From positions 1,005,590 to 1,069,589 of the forward strand of contig MU053911.1 in the NCBI GenBank assembly GCA_013239625.1: a DNA stretch of 64,000 nt, written 5' to 3'. Numbering within the stretch: the first letter of the stretch is position 1; every line of letters starts with the position of its first letter. Positions 27,204 to 40,592 of this stretch are shown here, piece by piece. The notes under the pieces were generated by a model. The model did no database searches. It had not been told where the DNA came from and saw only the letters and a program-made list of their open reading frames with translations. The position numbers and the translations under genes were made by a program. The stretch is from Lama guanicoe. Lineage: Eukaryota.

Positions 27204-27239
27204 CTGTTTTTGATGTGGTAATATATTGCGAGAGCTACA
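27204..27239 (-). CDS. CCNY: CCNY exon 5 (CVALAIYYHIKNR), 36-nt microexon
   Basis: Acceptor cttacAG, donor GTACGT. Confidence 0.95.
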
Positions 27240-28789
27240 CTGTAAGATAAAATGCAGGAGTTCAGTGTTTCATAAGCATAGTCAAGGTGTTACATTATTT
27301 TGCATCAATTTGATCATAAATATTTACAATTTTAAAGTAAAAAGATCCATCTGAACAGCCCCATTTAATTCAGAAATGCTGATGAAGAAAATGCTCTCCT
27401 CAATCAGGCACTCATTCCAAGCAATTATTAAATCTTTTCCAGAAACACCAAAACTTCAAGTGATATTCGGGAACAAATTTCTCTTTTATCTGAAATTTTA
27501 AGCTTTCCTCCCTTTAAATGCAGGCGCTACGTGAAAGCTCAGTGGTGACATCAAACACCTTTGAAGTCTCCAACGCTGCACCTGACATTCTAGAAAGTCA
27601 GTGGCTTCTTTACAACTGTCAGACAAATGTGGGTGTTACCCGCAGTGGTTTGCCATTTTTCCTCTTAAATCAATAACCTCTGGGCAATCTGCCTAACTTG
27701 CTCGTTCATCTGCTGAAACGGTCCTGAACTCTTATTTGTGATACTTTACATTTTAATATCTTAAAACTAAATTTCACATTTTAAAAGATCTGAATTTAAT
27801 GAAAACATTCCCATCCCCTGAATTTTCTTCAAGTAATGTTCTCTGAGTATGAAATGTGTTGTATTCAGACTGCAGAAATTTTGGAAAATAAAGAAGTATG
27901 CAGAAAAACAATTCCTCTGCCCAGATATGATTACTGTCGGCCTGAGACACACAAATGCCTGTTTCATCTGTAAATCACACATGCAAGCGGGCAGGTGTGG
28001 GTCCCACTTTTCTTTGCATTAACATTTTTCTTACCATTAAAATGTTACTGAAAAACATGGTTGACTATATTCCATCATATTGTTCAACTTTATTAGCCAG
28101 TCCCCTACTACTGAACATTTTAGTTGTTTTCACTGTTTCACAGCTGTGATCAACATCATAATGAAAGTCGTAACAGATAAAGGCACAGCACCCCAAGTCC
28201 TTCACAGCCGAGCCCAAACCCCACAGCCAGCACATCGGGGCCCCTGTGGCCTCAGTCAAGGGTTCTTGCCACAGTGCTGGCAGGAACATTCCAGGAAAAA
28301 CCGGTGCTCCTTCCCTCCCACCGCCCATCTTACAAGTAGGGACCTAAAGCCCAAAAGGGAAAGGATTTTATCCAAAGACGCCACACACCCCCTTCCTCCC
28401 TTATGCTCCATCTTTCAGTGAGCCCCCAAGGTGGAGGGTCTGGCTCCTCTCCCACTCAGGCGGGTGCACTTTCCAGTGCTGGCCACTGTCTACTGCGGCC
28501 CCAAATCCAGGAGGGCCCCGAGCACCGTGAAGTGCACAGCACTGCACAGCTGTGAAGGGGAAGGCAGCAAAAACGCACAGAAATCAAAGCTGTGCTTTAA
28601 CCCGTATTTAAAGTCGTTAAAAATTCTGGTCTACTTACATAAATGGTAATATGCACAAATATTTTGAACACCCCACATTTTACTTCCCCAAATCCCCTTT
28701 TAAAAAGATTTCCTAAGTAGCCAATGGCCTCCCCTGCCCGGTCTGACCCCCCAGACCCCACGACCCGGCGGGGAGTGGGAGGTGCGCAC

Positions 28790-28890
28790 CACTTGACTGT
28801 GCACTTGAGGTCCGGCCGGCTGACTGTGCTGTCGTCCAGAAAGATGGTGGAGCAGGAGCTGCACTTCCTCGCCGTCTGTCCTGGAGGGTG
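28790..28890 (-). CDS. CCNY: CCNY exon 4 ([33 protein letters not shown])
   Basis: Acceptor ctgcAG; 101 nt; donor TG|GTGCGC (weak); frame joins exon 5. Confidence 0.93.
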
Positions 28891-30379
28891 CTGCAGACGG
28901 GACAAGGGATATTAAACAGGGCTCAAAGTCTTCCCAGACATCACCCCTCACCTAGAGACTGGCCTGGAGAAGAAAAGGGTCTTAGCAAGAAATGCCAGCA
29001 CTACCAGCGAGACCGGTACAAACCCCCTTTCTTCCCACAGCAAATCTCCCACTCCTCTACACGCAAAGTCACCTCCACCACCCGCGTCCCACACCTGCAT
29101 CACAGGGCGAGCTGCGGAGCCCAGAAAAATCACTGTGAGAAACAGGAAACACACTGCTCACTACACTGGTGACATCGGGACCAACACGAAAGAGAGCCCA
29201 CTGCACCTGTCTTTCTCTGTTCTTGGGGTACAGCTGATCTGAGGACCACGGAAAATGCAGCCAATGTCAAATGAGAACGTCCCAACCTTGAATTTCAGGG
29301 AGTGAAGGTATAAATAAAGACGTATTCCCTCCTTAAGGGCATCTCAAGGTGACAGTTATCTGCTGCCTCTGAAAATGCAGCCGACAGGTGGCCTTCCTGC
29401 AGGCGCCAGGCGGTCTGAGACCTGGTCCTTCCCAGCTGCAGGCATTCTGGGTGCTCTGCAGAACTTCAGGACTAACAACTACTTCTGAAATGCACTGTTA
29501 AGGAAAACAGAATTTAAACTACACGCTGATGACATCTAATTGAATAGTAAATAGATTTCCGGCAATTCCGTGGGGAATATGATTAGTACATATCAATCTG
29601 GGTGACTCTTGCTCAAAGCGTTAGAAAAAAAATCAAACCATCCAAGTAAGTTTTCACTCGCCTGGTGCCATGCTGACAGTCTAAGTGTCACTTTCAGCAA
29701 CCAAAGAAATAATTACTTAATGATCCTGCCTGCCTGACCTCCCACCCACAGCGAAGCCCTCAGCATCCGTGGTTCCCAAACATGAAGAACTCCTTACGCC
29801 CCTCAGAGACCAGACGCCCTGCTCAATACTTTCACATTTACTTCTTATTTAATAAGGCTTCCTCTGTAATAAAATTATGGAAAATTACGGAAATATGCAA
29901 CAGCCCAAGAAATGGAAGACAGTGCTATAAACAGAAGCTCCCCTGGTGGTGACAGCCACACTGGGGGCACACAGCCCCTTACACCCCAGCCAGGGGCCCC
30001 GCACCGCTGAAGCTCTGTGGCCCCACACACACGCCACTTCTACGGGAGGAGCATGCGGGTCAGGACCAAATGACCAGTCAGGGTGCTCAGGAGGCGGCCT
30101 GATCTTGGGCCCTTCCTCCTAAGCTCACAGTGCTCTCCACCTGTGCCCTGCTCAGAGCATGTCTCCCAAAGAGGCAAAAGCAATGTTTAGAATTTTTCCC
30201 ACTTCAGGCCCTGGACCACACTCACTTCATCCCTCGATGTCTATGGCTTAATACTTATGAAAAAACTGTATCCACACTCAAACTGCCAGAAAGACTTCCA
30301 TCAGTTTTGCTACTGAACTTGAAAAGTAAACAGAATTGACCCAACTCCAAGAGCAGTAACAACAGCAACATGTCCACAG

Positions 30380-30541
30380 GGAGCTACAGCCAGCGCGCAG
30401 CACCGCCTGAGCAGGCAGGCCAGGAGCCACAGCCAGGAGCCACAGCCAGCGCGCAGCCCCGCCTGAGCGGGCAGGCCAGGAGCCACAGCCAGCGTGCAGC
30501 CCCGCCTGAGCGGGCAAGCCAGGAGCTACGGCCAGGAGCCG
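30380..30541. repeat. GC-rich minisatellite, ~43-bp unit x3 with 13-bp sub-repeats
   Basis: Repeated ggagccacagccagcgcgcagccccgcctgagcgggcaggcca. Confidence 0.9.
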
Positions 30542-32138
30542 CTCTACGAGATCAGAGAGCCAGGGCCTCCAGACTCTTTCATGGTCCCCCACCTGTCAGG
30601 TGATGGACCCAGGGCATGACTAGCTTCGTCTGGCTCCAAGTCCAGCTCACAGTGTGACTTCTGCATAACTGATCAGTAATGCTCCCAGTTACTCCATTTC
30701 CTCACAAAGTTCTCAGAAGCATCACCTGCCTTAATATTAGAACAAATACTGCGACTGTGTCATTGGGGTCAGGGAGGCTGGCCATTTAACCCCTGACTCA
30801 TTCTGTTTAAATATCTTTTTTCTTTAACTTAGAATGATTGGATTTACTTCAGGTGTGCTGTCATCAAGGGGCAGGAGGGTGTCACAGAAAAATTAGGCTA
30901 AAGTAAAAGGCTCGAGTTTTCCCTGAGTTCCAGGAGAGTGATTCCAGGCTCCCAGCCCCTTACAATGCCACCCACAGTTTATAATAAGTCTTCCACATTT
31001 TAATTAAAAGATTCATTAAAATAGCTAGTTTAAAGAAAGAGCATAGCCAAAACGTCAGCAAATTTTTCAATAAACTACACACTTCAAATAAAGCCCTTTA
31101 CGTAAGTCTTTCTAAACTACCCAAGTGTCTCTTTTGTAATGTATTAACTTTTCCTGTGACTGTTGATCTAATTACGTCTAAAACATGGATCCTGATTAGA
31201 GTATTAATCTTCATAACTTTCCCTGATTTAACTTCCTGTCAAAGCTCCCCAAGGGGTTTACCCTCAAAGGGTTTCAAGCTTTAAAACCTGCAATAATTCC
31301 TTCAGAAGCAGCCTCCTTTTACTTAACTTTCCAGCCTCTCTTGGCTACTCTGAGCCAGTGAGAGACCCCTCCTTCCCAGGCAGGCAGGGTCCCTCTCCCC
31401 TGCTCCTTCCCTGGGGAACATTTAAGGCCTCTGCCCCTTTCACTGGCCACTGTGGTGCTGGCTGGGGGGGATTTCCCTCCACCTGCAGTGATCAGCATCT
31501 GTCCCTCTCCTGAAGGGCTCTGCTTCTCCAGGTGAGACTGCGGCGTACGTGTGTGGTAACCCGCACCTCACGGAGACAGTGTTCTCTCCTGGAGATGGAC
31601 ATAAGTTTAGGGGCAAGGAGGCCGTGGCTGTACCTCACCTGGTGGCTGGGCGCCACAGTCCTGGGGCACAAGTCGGGGTGCCGTGGGGGCCCCCGGCCGC
31701 TGCACCCACTGCTCAGGGAAAAAGGAAGCATCTTCCTGCCTGGCCAGCAGGGCAGGGACACACTGCTCAGAGCGGCCACATGGCTAGAGCTGGATTTTAC
31801 AGATCCTTTTAGAATTAAAGTGTGGTCAAGTTTACCCGTCCTCTGAGCACATGCAGACTACCGGCCCTACACACACGAGGGGAGGTGGCGGGAGGAGGGG
31901 AGGCAACCAGCCTGCAGGAGGCAGCTGTGCTTATCCCAGCGGAACTGACCTAGGGGAGAAAGGCCCCTGGGCGAGCGGGTGGGAGGACCGGTCAGAAACA
32001 CAGCAACCCGGGTTCCTGGGCCTGGGAGCTCCTCCGCGTGCGGACGAGACTTGGGTTCCATCCCCACCCCCGACCCGGGCGTGAGTGCTCTCAGCGCTGG
32101 GCAGTCTCCGCGAGGAGCACGGGGACAGCCCCACTTAC

Positions 32139-32173
32139 GTGGTTGATGAAGAGACTCTTCCGTTTTTCTCTCA
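32139..32173 (-). CDS. CCNY: CCNY exon 3 (VREKRKSLFINH), 35-nt microexon
   Basis: Acceptor tttcacAG, donor GTAAGT; peptide matches cyclin Y. Confidence 0.95.
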
Positions 32174-35100
32174 CTGTGAAAACAAAAGATGCAACAGAGA
32201 TGTTACCAGCCTGCATGGCTGCCCCTCACAGGTGGCCGAGGACGGGCCTCAGTGTCAGGTCCCCTCCTCCAGCCACCACCGGACCCACATGCTCCATGAC
32301 CGGTCGGAAGTGTGGTCTACACAACGCAGCTCTGGCCTGGGCCGGCAGAGCACACCGCCCACCCGCGGGGGGATCGGCCTGCCAGCCAAGTACACACGAA
32401 TCAGCACATCCCATAAAACATGCCCGCACCCATCCCTTTCAGATGATCAACAAGTAACAGGACTATTTACCTCTAACCCAGCAAAGGACCCACCAAGGTC
32501 CACGCTGCTTGGGTGAAGCACGGTGACACCACCCACCACAGCAGTAAATTCAGGACAGCGTCGGCGGTGGCCTCACTGCTCTCCAGGGGGTGCTGGGGTG
32601 ACACCTGGCTTCCAGAGGCCACCCAGGGCATCCTGCCCCTCGGGGAGGCGGAGCAAACCCACAATGAAGACCTAACTAACCCTCTAGGAAAGGTCGTTCT
32701 CACCCTGCCGGCTGCGCGGCACGGCCTGCACCCAGCGTCTCAGAACAGGGGCCCTCAGCCTCAAAGACACAGTGGGGAACAGAGAACCCGGAGGAGCTTC
32801 TCCAACACTGAAGTCAGCACACTCTGCATTTTCGCCTGGAGACTGGCGAACTACTCAGCACGCGCACCGAGCAGGCTGCTGTGCAGGGCACAGAGGACAG
32901 GTGTCCCTCGAGGAGATGACGTCCTGGGCCCCGGGAACCCTGAACAACAGTGTAGAACCCGGCCCACCACCTGCGGGGCTGCTCCCAGCAGTCCAGGCCC
33001 CAAAGGTAGATTTTCACTCGCTTCCTCCAGCTGCTGTGACTGGGGAGCCGGGAACTGTGTCCTCAGTGCATTCTGTTCTTTGCTTCCCTGGGAGGCACTT
33101 CTCTCTTCCTCAGAAGTCCGACCCTCTCTGCAGTGACCGCCGGCCACCAGAGGGCCCACCCGCAGGCCACATGTGCACCACGCAGAGTGAGGCTGGACCA
33201 GCGCGCGGAGCACGGGGCACAGAGCATGCAGTGCAGAGGCAGGTGGCGCCTCTGACCTTGTGCAAACATGCACCCACATGTGGACCACAACAAAAGGGAA
33301 ACGCAGGTCTAGCAGGGAGCCCTGGGCTGTAACGGCTTGGCATGTATGCTGCGCATGCACAGGTGGGTGTGACCTGTATACGAGTGTCTTCCTTAAATTC
33401 ACTCATGACTGAACTACTGGGCCACCATCCACCACAGCAGCCGACCTGACAGGTTTCCAGCAAATTCCGTACATGACACTTAGGCCTTCCCAGGGCATCC
33501 CAGCAGCAGGTCTGTGCAGAGGTTTTGTGTCTCCCAGTTCTGGGAACCAGCCCTGAGGTCACCTCAACACCTTTATCTAGCAGATAAAGATAACCACGTC
33601 TCAGGAAATATCTGAGCATCTTACGTGGGCTCTATGGAAAAGATTAAGAACTATTCAAGAAGAGCAGAGCGGGTTGAAATACAGAACCTTCAACGGTTGT
33701 GGCTGAAGGGTCTTACAGGAAAGCCGTAAAATAAATAAACAAACGACGCCACAGCGGAAGAGCAAGACCGCCGTGAGAGCGGGCGCCTTCCCGCCCACCC
33801 CCCAGGGGGACAGGCCTCCGGGGGCAGTCAGGCCACTGTCCTGAAGTCCCACTGGTTCCAACTGGAAGAGTGAAAGCCAGCAGTTCACCAAGACACCACA
33901 GAACCCCTAAGGACAAGCTGTCGGGCTGTGTAACGGTAACTCCCGCCCCCGCTGTTTCTGTGAACACCCACATGCCCTGCTTCCCCTGGAGCAGCAGGGC
34001 CGCGGAACCTGTCCTGAAGCAGGCCCCCATCCAGTGTCACCCTGTGTTAATTCAACTCTCCCAGTCGGGCCTGCACAGTGGCTGAGGCTCCACACTTATC
34101 GCCGTGGCTGGGGGAGTAGCTCCTACAACCGGGGGAGAAACTCTTCTGCAGATCAAGTGGACGCCAGCTCCTCAGTGCCCACAAATGGAAGGAAAACAAG
34201 ACTGAATTGAAGGTCTGAGGAATGATTCTGGATAGTCAATCCCTTGGCTTTGTGGACATGCAAGTCAGATGGAGCACAAAGAATTCAGTGATGTCACTGA
34301 CGAAACTCCTTCCACTCCCATCGATTTATGTCCATGAACAAAGTTCCCCAGCACATGTCCACGGAGCCAAGAGGACGTGACGGACAGCGCCTTGCTCCAT
34401 ATACACGTGACACTCATCCACGGGAACACCTCAGAATGACAAATTTCCCCCCAAATTATTTCACATTTCATTTTAACAGTTATTTATTTAATGTTTAAAA
34501 TTTTAACGTTTGTATTGTTTTGATCAACTGAGGGCTGAAGATGAGACTGCAACCCAGAACAAAAATGTATGTATGATTTTTAGAGACTTCCTTCCAATTA
34601 CGAGAAATAAAACTTAAATTACATTTAGATCCATATTTTCATGGGAGTGAAGTAGGGCAGTGTGACCGGCGAGTTTCAGGAAGCGCACCGTGGCGCACCA
34701 GGAGGGAAGGCTGTGAGGCACTGGCATGGGGACACGAGTTCCAGGCCAGAGAAGTGGCACGAAATTCCCGACTGCTCAGGGAGAGAGAGCTCCTGCATTC
34801 TTAATGCCTGCTGGGGCTTATCCAGTCACCACAGCACGAAGATTTTATCTGAAACATTTCTTAAAAGAGGGATGGTTTTGTTTTCAAATACCAATGTTTA
34901 AAATACAAGAGAAATTAAATCCTTTGATAGGATGAAAAATTTTTACAGTCACCAGAAAAACGTTTTAAGGGAGCTGAGAGTTTTTCAAAGTTATCTTCCA
35001 TGAGCGTGAAACGCAGTGGTGCACGAGCTTTGGGCTCCTACAGATCCTTCAATGTCTCCCTGCACAGCAGCCCCTGCGGAACCTGACAGGCCACAGGGGG

Positions 35101-35859
35101 ACACAGAGTGCTGCCCAGGGTGCTGGGAGGGGGCATCCCAGACGCGGCGACCGTAAGCGCTGGGAGCTGCGGCAAGGAGACGGCAGGAAGAGGCCCCCGA
35201 TCCTGGTGGGGCAGGGGCCGGCCGCCTCCAAGCGCCAGAGTAAAGGAGAGCAAGGAGGGTGGTCCTCCGGAGGGGCTGCGTGTCACGATGCGGGAGCTGC
35301 GCACCGCCAGGGGCCAAACTGGGACCCAAATAGGGGCCGGCCAGGCCGCAAGATGCTCCCCAGTGTCGGTGTTGCTGAAAGATTGGCCAAGAAATCCAGA
35401 GCTCATGTTTTAACTTCTGAATTTTTAGTGTTTCCACTGTGGCTTCAAGCCATTCCAGAGAAAAGTCGCTCTTACTCCTTTTGTTATTTTAAGGAGCTCC
35501 TGAGAAACACACACACAGGTTTTTGCTTCTAACTTCTTTTTAAAAGCAAAGAACTTTTCTAAAAAGCAAACTAATTAAAATAAAAAAGATACAGTCTGGC
35601 TGCTTTGCCTAAGACTGGAGTAGCCACTCTCGCCTTTGAAAACGAGGAGCTAAGATGGCAGCAGCCTTGGTCAGAGCTCGGAAAGCAGCGGGAAGGGGGT
35701 TCCGCTGCCTCACGGTGGCAGGCAGCTCCGAGGCAGGGCCGGGCGTGGGCGGCAGGCGGGGCGGAGGATGAGGGTGTGCAGGGCGGCGCGGCTGGGGCAC
35801 AGCTGTCCTCGCCTGTTCTCACCTGCAGACGGTCCATCACCCGCAAGGAGAGCCCACCG

Positions 35860-35975
35860 GAAATACGAAAACGAGTATGCGTCTGTATGCGCATGGCCTG
35901 GGACACTGCGCTGGACACCAGGAGCTGACACATTGTAACTGATGGTACTCCAGTGAAAAAGAAAAGGAAAAAAAA
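35860..35975 (+). mobile_element. Short L1 3' end
   Basis: ctgggacac...gctggacaccag...tgacacattgtaactga followed by an A-rich tail. Confidence 0.7.
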
Positions 35976-36775
35976 CGAAGAGCCCCCGGATTCAGAAGCT
36001 ACTGTGCTTCTGAGCTCACATCACAACACTCCCCCCACGTAAAAACCCCAAGAGTCAGCAGCTCTGCTAAGAGAGCTCACTGCCTTTCACGTCTGATTAT
36101 TTCTTAGTCTCTTCAGAGTCATCTCCGAATTAGGGCTCAGTGACCTGCATGGGTCAGGGCAAGAGGCACAGAGGACCCGTCTCTGACTCTGCGTCCTCCC
36201 ACTGGGCCATTGGGTAACAGACTCCTTGTGCGACTCTTCTCTACGGGAATCCCACTGAGAAGACTGTCCCCCGTGTGGTGTAGCCAAGGGCCAGGAACAG
36301 GAAGGTAAGCCAGGGATGGAAAGGGGGAACCCCTAGGAGAAATTCCACAGGCACCTGGGACCAGAATACACTGGCAAGCAGGAGTCTGGCAGAAGGCAAA
36401 CCTCTGTCCTCATACACAGCGTCAGTCCAGCCCAGAGGACCTGACAGAGGGAAGGCGCCTGTATTTCAGGTTATATTTTCCTTTATTTTACATGCTATCT
36501 AATACTTCTGATCTTCGGAGAATGTAGGCAAATACCAGTTCTCAAAGGAAAATTCCTGACTCTCAGGGTACAAACTGCCGAAAACTAATCCAGCTGAGGC
36601 AAAGTGAGGACAGTTGCTACAAACAGGGAGTTCTAAAGACATAGCTTCCTACAAAGTACAGAAACCTCAAGGGAACCACCAACAAACAGCATCCTTAGGA
36701 GCCACCAGCGGGATTTTGTTTTCATCCTGAGACTCACATCCAGTGGAAAATCAAGACGGGACAGTTACCAATCTG

Positions 36776-36889
36776 AGGAAGGGAGGGAGGGAGGAATGAA
36801 AGAAAGGAAAGAAAGAAAGGAAAGAAAGGAAAGAAAGAAAGAAAGAAAGGAAGGAAGGAAGAAAGAAGGGAAGAAAGGAGAAAGAAAGA
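36776..36889. repeat. (GAAA)n/(GGAA)n polypurine microsatellite just inside intron 2
   Basis: Near-pure purine tract ending ~12 nt from the exon 2 donor. Confidence 0.9.
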
Positions 36890-36901
36890 TTAGTAACTTA
36901 C

Positions 36902-36976
36902 CATCCGTCTGAGATTTACTGAGGAATATTGTGCTGGCCCGAGGGTGGTCTGAAGGGTTGAATTCCATGTTCAAAT
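36902..36976 (-). CDS. CCNY: CCNY exon 2 ([25 protein letters not shown]); contains internal Met55
   Basis: Acceptor ttctttaaAG, donor GTAAGT, 75 nt, phase 1/1. Confidence 0.97.
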
Positions 36977-39900
36977 CTTTAAAGAAAGAAAAAGGAAACG
37001 TATGAATACCCATCTGATAACTAAAGGGAGTCAAGATTGTCAATGTTTCCAATCTTAAATTGCTAATACACTCAAGGACTCTGGAAAAAAAACCAACAGT
37101 AGGAGCTGTGGTAATGGCTTCTTCTAGGTTCAACTGAGAACTGCGAACACTTGCTATTTAGAATGTTGAGAGAGTCCTACCTGAAAGTCAGACACTTGGC
37201 TGGACATCTACTAGCCCAAAACTCCACTTTGTTTTTAAACGTCTGCTCCACACCCAGGACACCACTGAAAGGCAGGACAAAGCTGTCACACTCAGTAAGA
37301 GAGTCCCGTGCCAGCACAGACTCGCCTGCGTTTCCGGCTGAGTGAGTGCTAGCTCCCTGCTAAAGGTGATCAAGCAGGGTGTCTCCGCCGAATCGGCACC
37401 CAGCGCTCTGCTTAACTAAGGCTGTTCTTTTCTGAAAAGGCAAAACCTAATCCTTCAGAGCGGAGGCTGGAAACTCTACTGAGACCGGAGAAAGGGAGCG
37501 ATTCTGCTTGCTCAGAACAGACGCGAAGAGGGAGCCTGGGCAGGACGCTCCTGCCAGGGCACCGGTGCCAGGACAGCTGATCACCGCCCTCCAGATGGGG
37601 AAGAAAATTCCAACAAACGTTGAGGGCAGGAGAAAGCTGAGAGGCCCTCTGCCCTGGAAAGAGAGGCAGAGCACCACTTCATCAGAGCGACAACCTGCAG
37701 GTGAGCGGTCACCAGAACCCACGACCGGAGCGCGCTGGCTGAGGCCCACACGCCGATGCCCCCAAGCCCACTCCCTCCACGGCAGTGAAGGACGCACACA
37801 GAAACCTCCCCAGGGGGACACAAAACACCGCCCACTCCCCTTAGGAAGGAAGGCTGCTTCCAATTTATTTTAAACAAAATCCACACATATATCACATCTT
37901 ACTGTGTCTACCCCAACCAAAAAAGAGGGAGGGATCAAAAGACAAAAACAGGTGGGAAAATTTTAGATAGAATCCTACTCACTGCATTTATGATTTCCCC
38001 TTTTTAAGAGTTAAAAAATAAAACGCAGGGTCCCATATGAAGATGAAACACGGATGTGTCTTATGACCCAATACACTGACTTCAGCAAGCGCAGCATCGT
38101 TTAGGGAAACTGACAGCAGAAGGGGCTCAGCTGCCCCAGAGTAAGGACAGGCAGGGGCAAGTGCAACAGAGACCGTGGGCAAAACGACCACGAGCCCCCG
38201 GGTGTCCAGGACGAGAAGGGGAGTAACTGCAGATGAGGCACGGCAGTCACCGCCCATGCTCCCCGAGGGGCCACCTCCAGAGCAGGTGCCAGAAGCTCTG
38301 ACAACGGAAATCGTGGCTCCTGAGGTCAGAAACCATCTGCAAGCACTTAAAGAAACTGAATAAGCCAAATAAAAACCTAAACAAGATTATAAAAGGAGAT
38401 CATATTGGAGATGGAAAACAGAACCACAATGTGGGGCAAATACACTGGCACCTACGTGAAAGAACACCTGGGGGCAGGGTGGCACAGAGCCTGGGCCCCA
38501 AGCGCAGCGCCCAGGAATGTCAGGGGACAGTAAAGTAGCTCCCATGTGCAGCGGGCAGGCGGTCTAACACACAGATGACACAGAAGGGCCGACCCCCATC
38601 ACAGCCCCTTCTCCCCAGCGGAGCCTGAACCCTGCTGCCTGGTCCCTGTGTGTCCTCCCAGAGCACGTCTGTGAGCCTGGAGTTGGTCATCACGACTGCA
38701 AACAAGACCATCGCCTACGGTATTCTCCTAGCTTTCAGCCCCGACGTGCAACTTAAGTTTTCAGAAGAAAAAGTCACATCTAGCATTTTCCTCCTACCTC
38801 AGTCTGTAAGTACAAACTACCTTTCAAATAGTCCGATTCTGGGGAACAGGAGGAAAGGGACTGACCTTGTGGCCTCGGAGGGTGGACGGTGGGCAGCCAG
38901 GACAAGGTCTGCATTCAGAGTAGCCGCCCTGGAAGGTGCGATTGGCTTGCCTCAGAGCCGGCCATCGCTGACCTGCAGCTGGCTTCAGACAACCCGAGTC
39001 AAAACCATCACAAAAGCTAAAATGTGTAAACCCTCCACTTTGTTTCCAGGGCACCACAGCAGCTCGGGCCCAACTCTCTCTGCTCTGTGGGCACACTCAG
39101 CCCTGCGCTGAAGACACAGAGATGCAGGTGACTAGGACGCACAGGTCCTCCCTCCAGAACCACCCAGAGTGGCAGTCCATGCACGCCCCGAGCACAGGTG
39201 AGGGTCGTCACACACAAGCACCCTTACTCGTCTGCAAAAGCCGAGACACGGAGACGTGGTGGAAGCAGGCCCCGGCAGGTTCCTCTGGCTGGGAAAAACC
39301 ACACTCCCTCCACTTTCTCCTACTGCAATCTGCCAGGCCTGGTGAAATTCGACTTGAGGCAGTTATTTTCCTCAACTTCCAAGGAATCCACGATCAACAA
39401 CAGACCCAGCTTCTTATCTTTATGTTCCCACCAGCATCATGACTATGCTGAGAATGGGAACGGTCACTTGTCCGAGTGATACAATGAGCTGCCCTTGAAG
39501 GAAACAGGACCAGCAATCAGCTCCGACGGCAGCGATGCTCCCACCCGGGGATGGGAGCGGCTTCTCGTCCATTTCAGAGGTCACAGACACGGCCTCTGTG
39601 GCTGCCGTAGCCAACGGATGGGGAGGGTTCTCAGCCGCACTGGACCCCTCTGAAACCCTCGGGTAAAACGGTCACCCACATTGTCCTTCTGAGAAGGCAG
39701 AGGGGGCAAAGCGTTGTGTGGGTCACTGCCAGCCTCCTCCTCCAGGCACCTGGGGACCTGCCTCTAATCTGGCAGAGGAAATCCAGAAAGCACACAGGGT
39801 CGGACACCAACACATGGCACGGGGCACATGGCAGCCGAGGCAAGCTGGTGAGGCCAAGAGAGGTGGTCAGACCTGCATCCTCCAGGTAGCTGGGCAGGTG

Positions 39901-40342
39901 TTCTCCCTCCACGGACCAAAACCTTGTTTCTGCTTCTAAGACCCCCATCCACGTTGAGGTCACCCGGTTTCTCAAGGAGCAGACGTGAGTGAAAGCTGGG
40001 TCCTACCCTGGCTACTTCTGCTCCAGGGTGGGCCCCACTATCCACTCAGGGTCAACAGCCTTCAGTAAACCTGCACTTCCCCGGCCTCCAGACCTCTCCC
40101 CGGACACGGACACGACCTGGGGCAGCGCCTGTGCTGGTGAGGCTAAAACCTGCTGCCCGGTCACCGGCCCAGTCCCCGCCAGCCCACCCCACCAACGGCT
40201 GTGTGCCCCCCGGCAGGACATATGCATCCCAGATGCCACTAGAAAGATAACACGGGACTCCTACCCCCACAGAGAAAGTAAAGCAGTCCAAACAGACCCC
40301 GTGTTCCACTGAATTCACTACCTGCCATGTAATGACACAGTA

Positions 40343-40592
40343 CAGTGGTTTTCAAACTGCAAGTCAGACCCTTCGGTGGGTTATGAAATCAACTTAGAGG
40401 ACTAAGAATCAACTTTAAAAAAAATGAAATAAACAACAAAATAGCTCAGAACGTAATAAACAAGAGAGAGAGCGTGTAAGGATAAGTGCTATTCCATGGG
40501 CGTCTGTGAACATAAAACACATACCTGGATTCAGGTGCAAAATGCATTTTCTCACTCACCAAAGGTCACGTAAAAACTCTGGAAAGCCACAA
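40343..40592. mobile_element. hAT/Charlie-like DNA transposon relic
   Basis: Begins CAGTGGTTTTCAAACT and ends ...ggaaagccac, a degenerate terminal inverted repeat. Confidence 0.5.

Noticed and set aside
28790..28890. A->G changes as ADAR editing or a retrocopy signature
   Set aside because: This is intron-containing genomic DNA, and the bias also includes T->C and T->G changes on both strands in neighbouring repeats.
30380..30541. CRISPR-like repeat array
   Set aside because: Head-to-tail minisatellite with no unique spacers and no cas genes, in a eukaryotic context.
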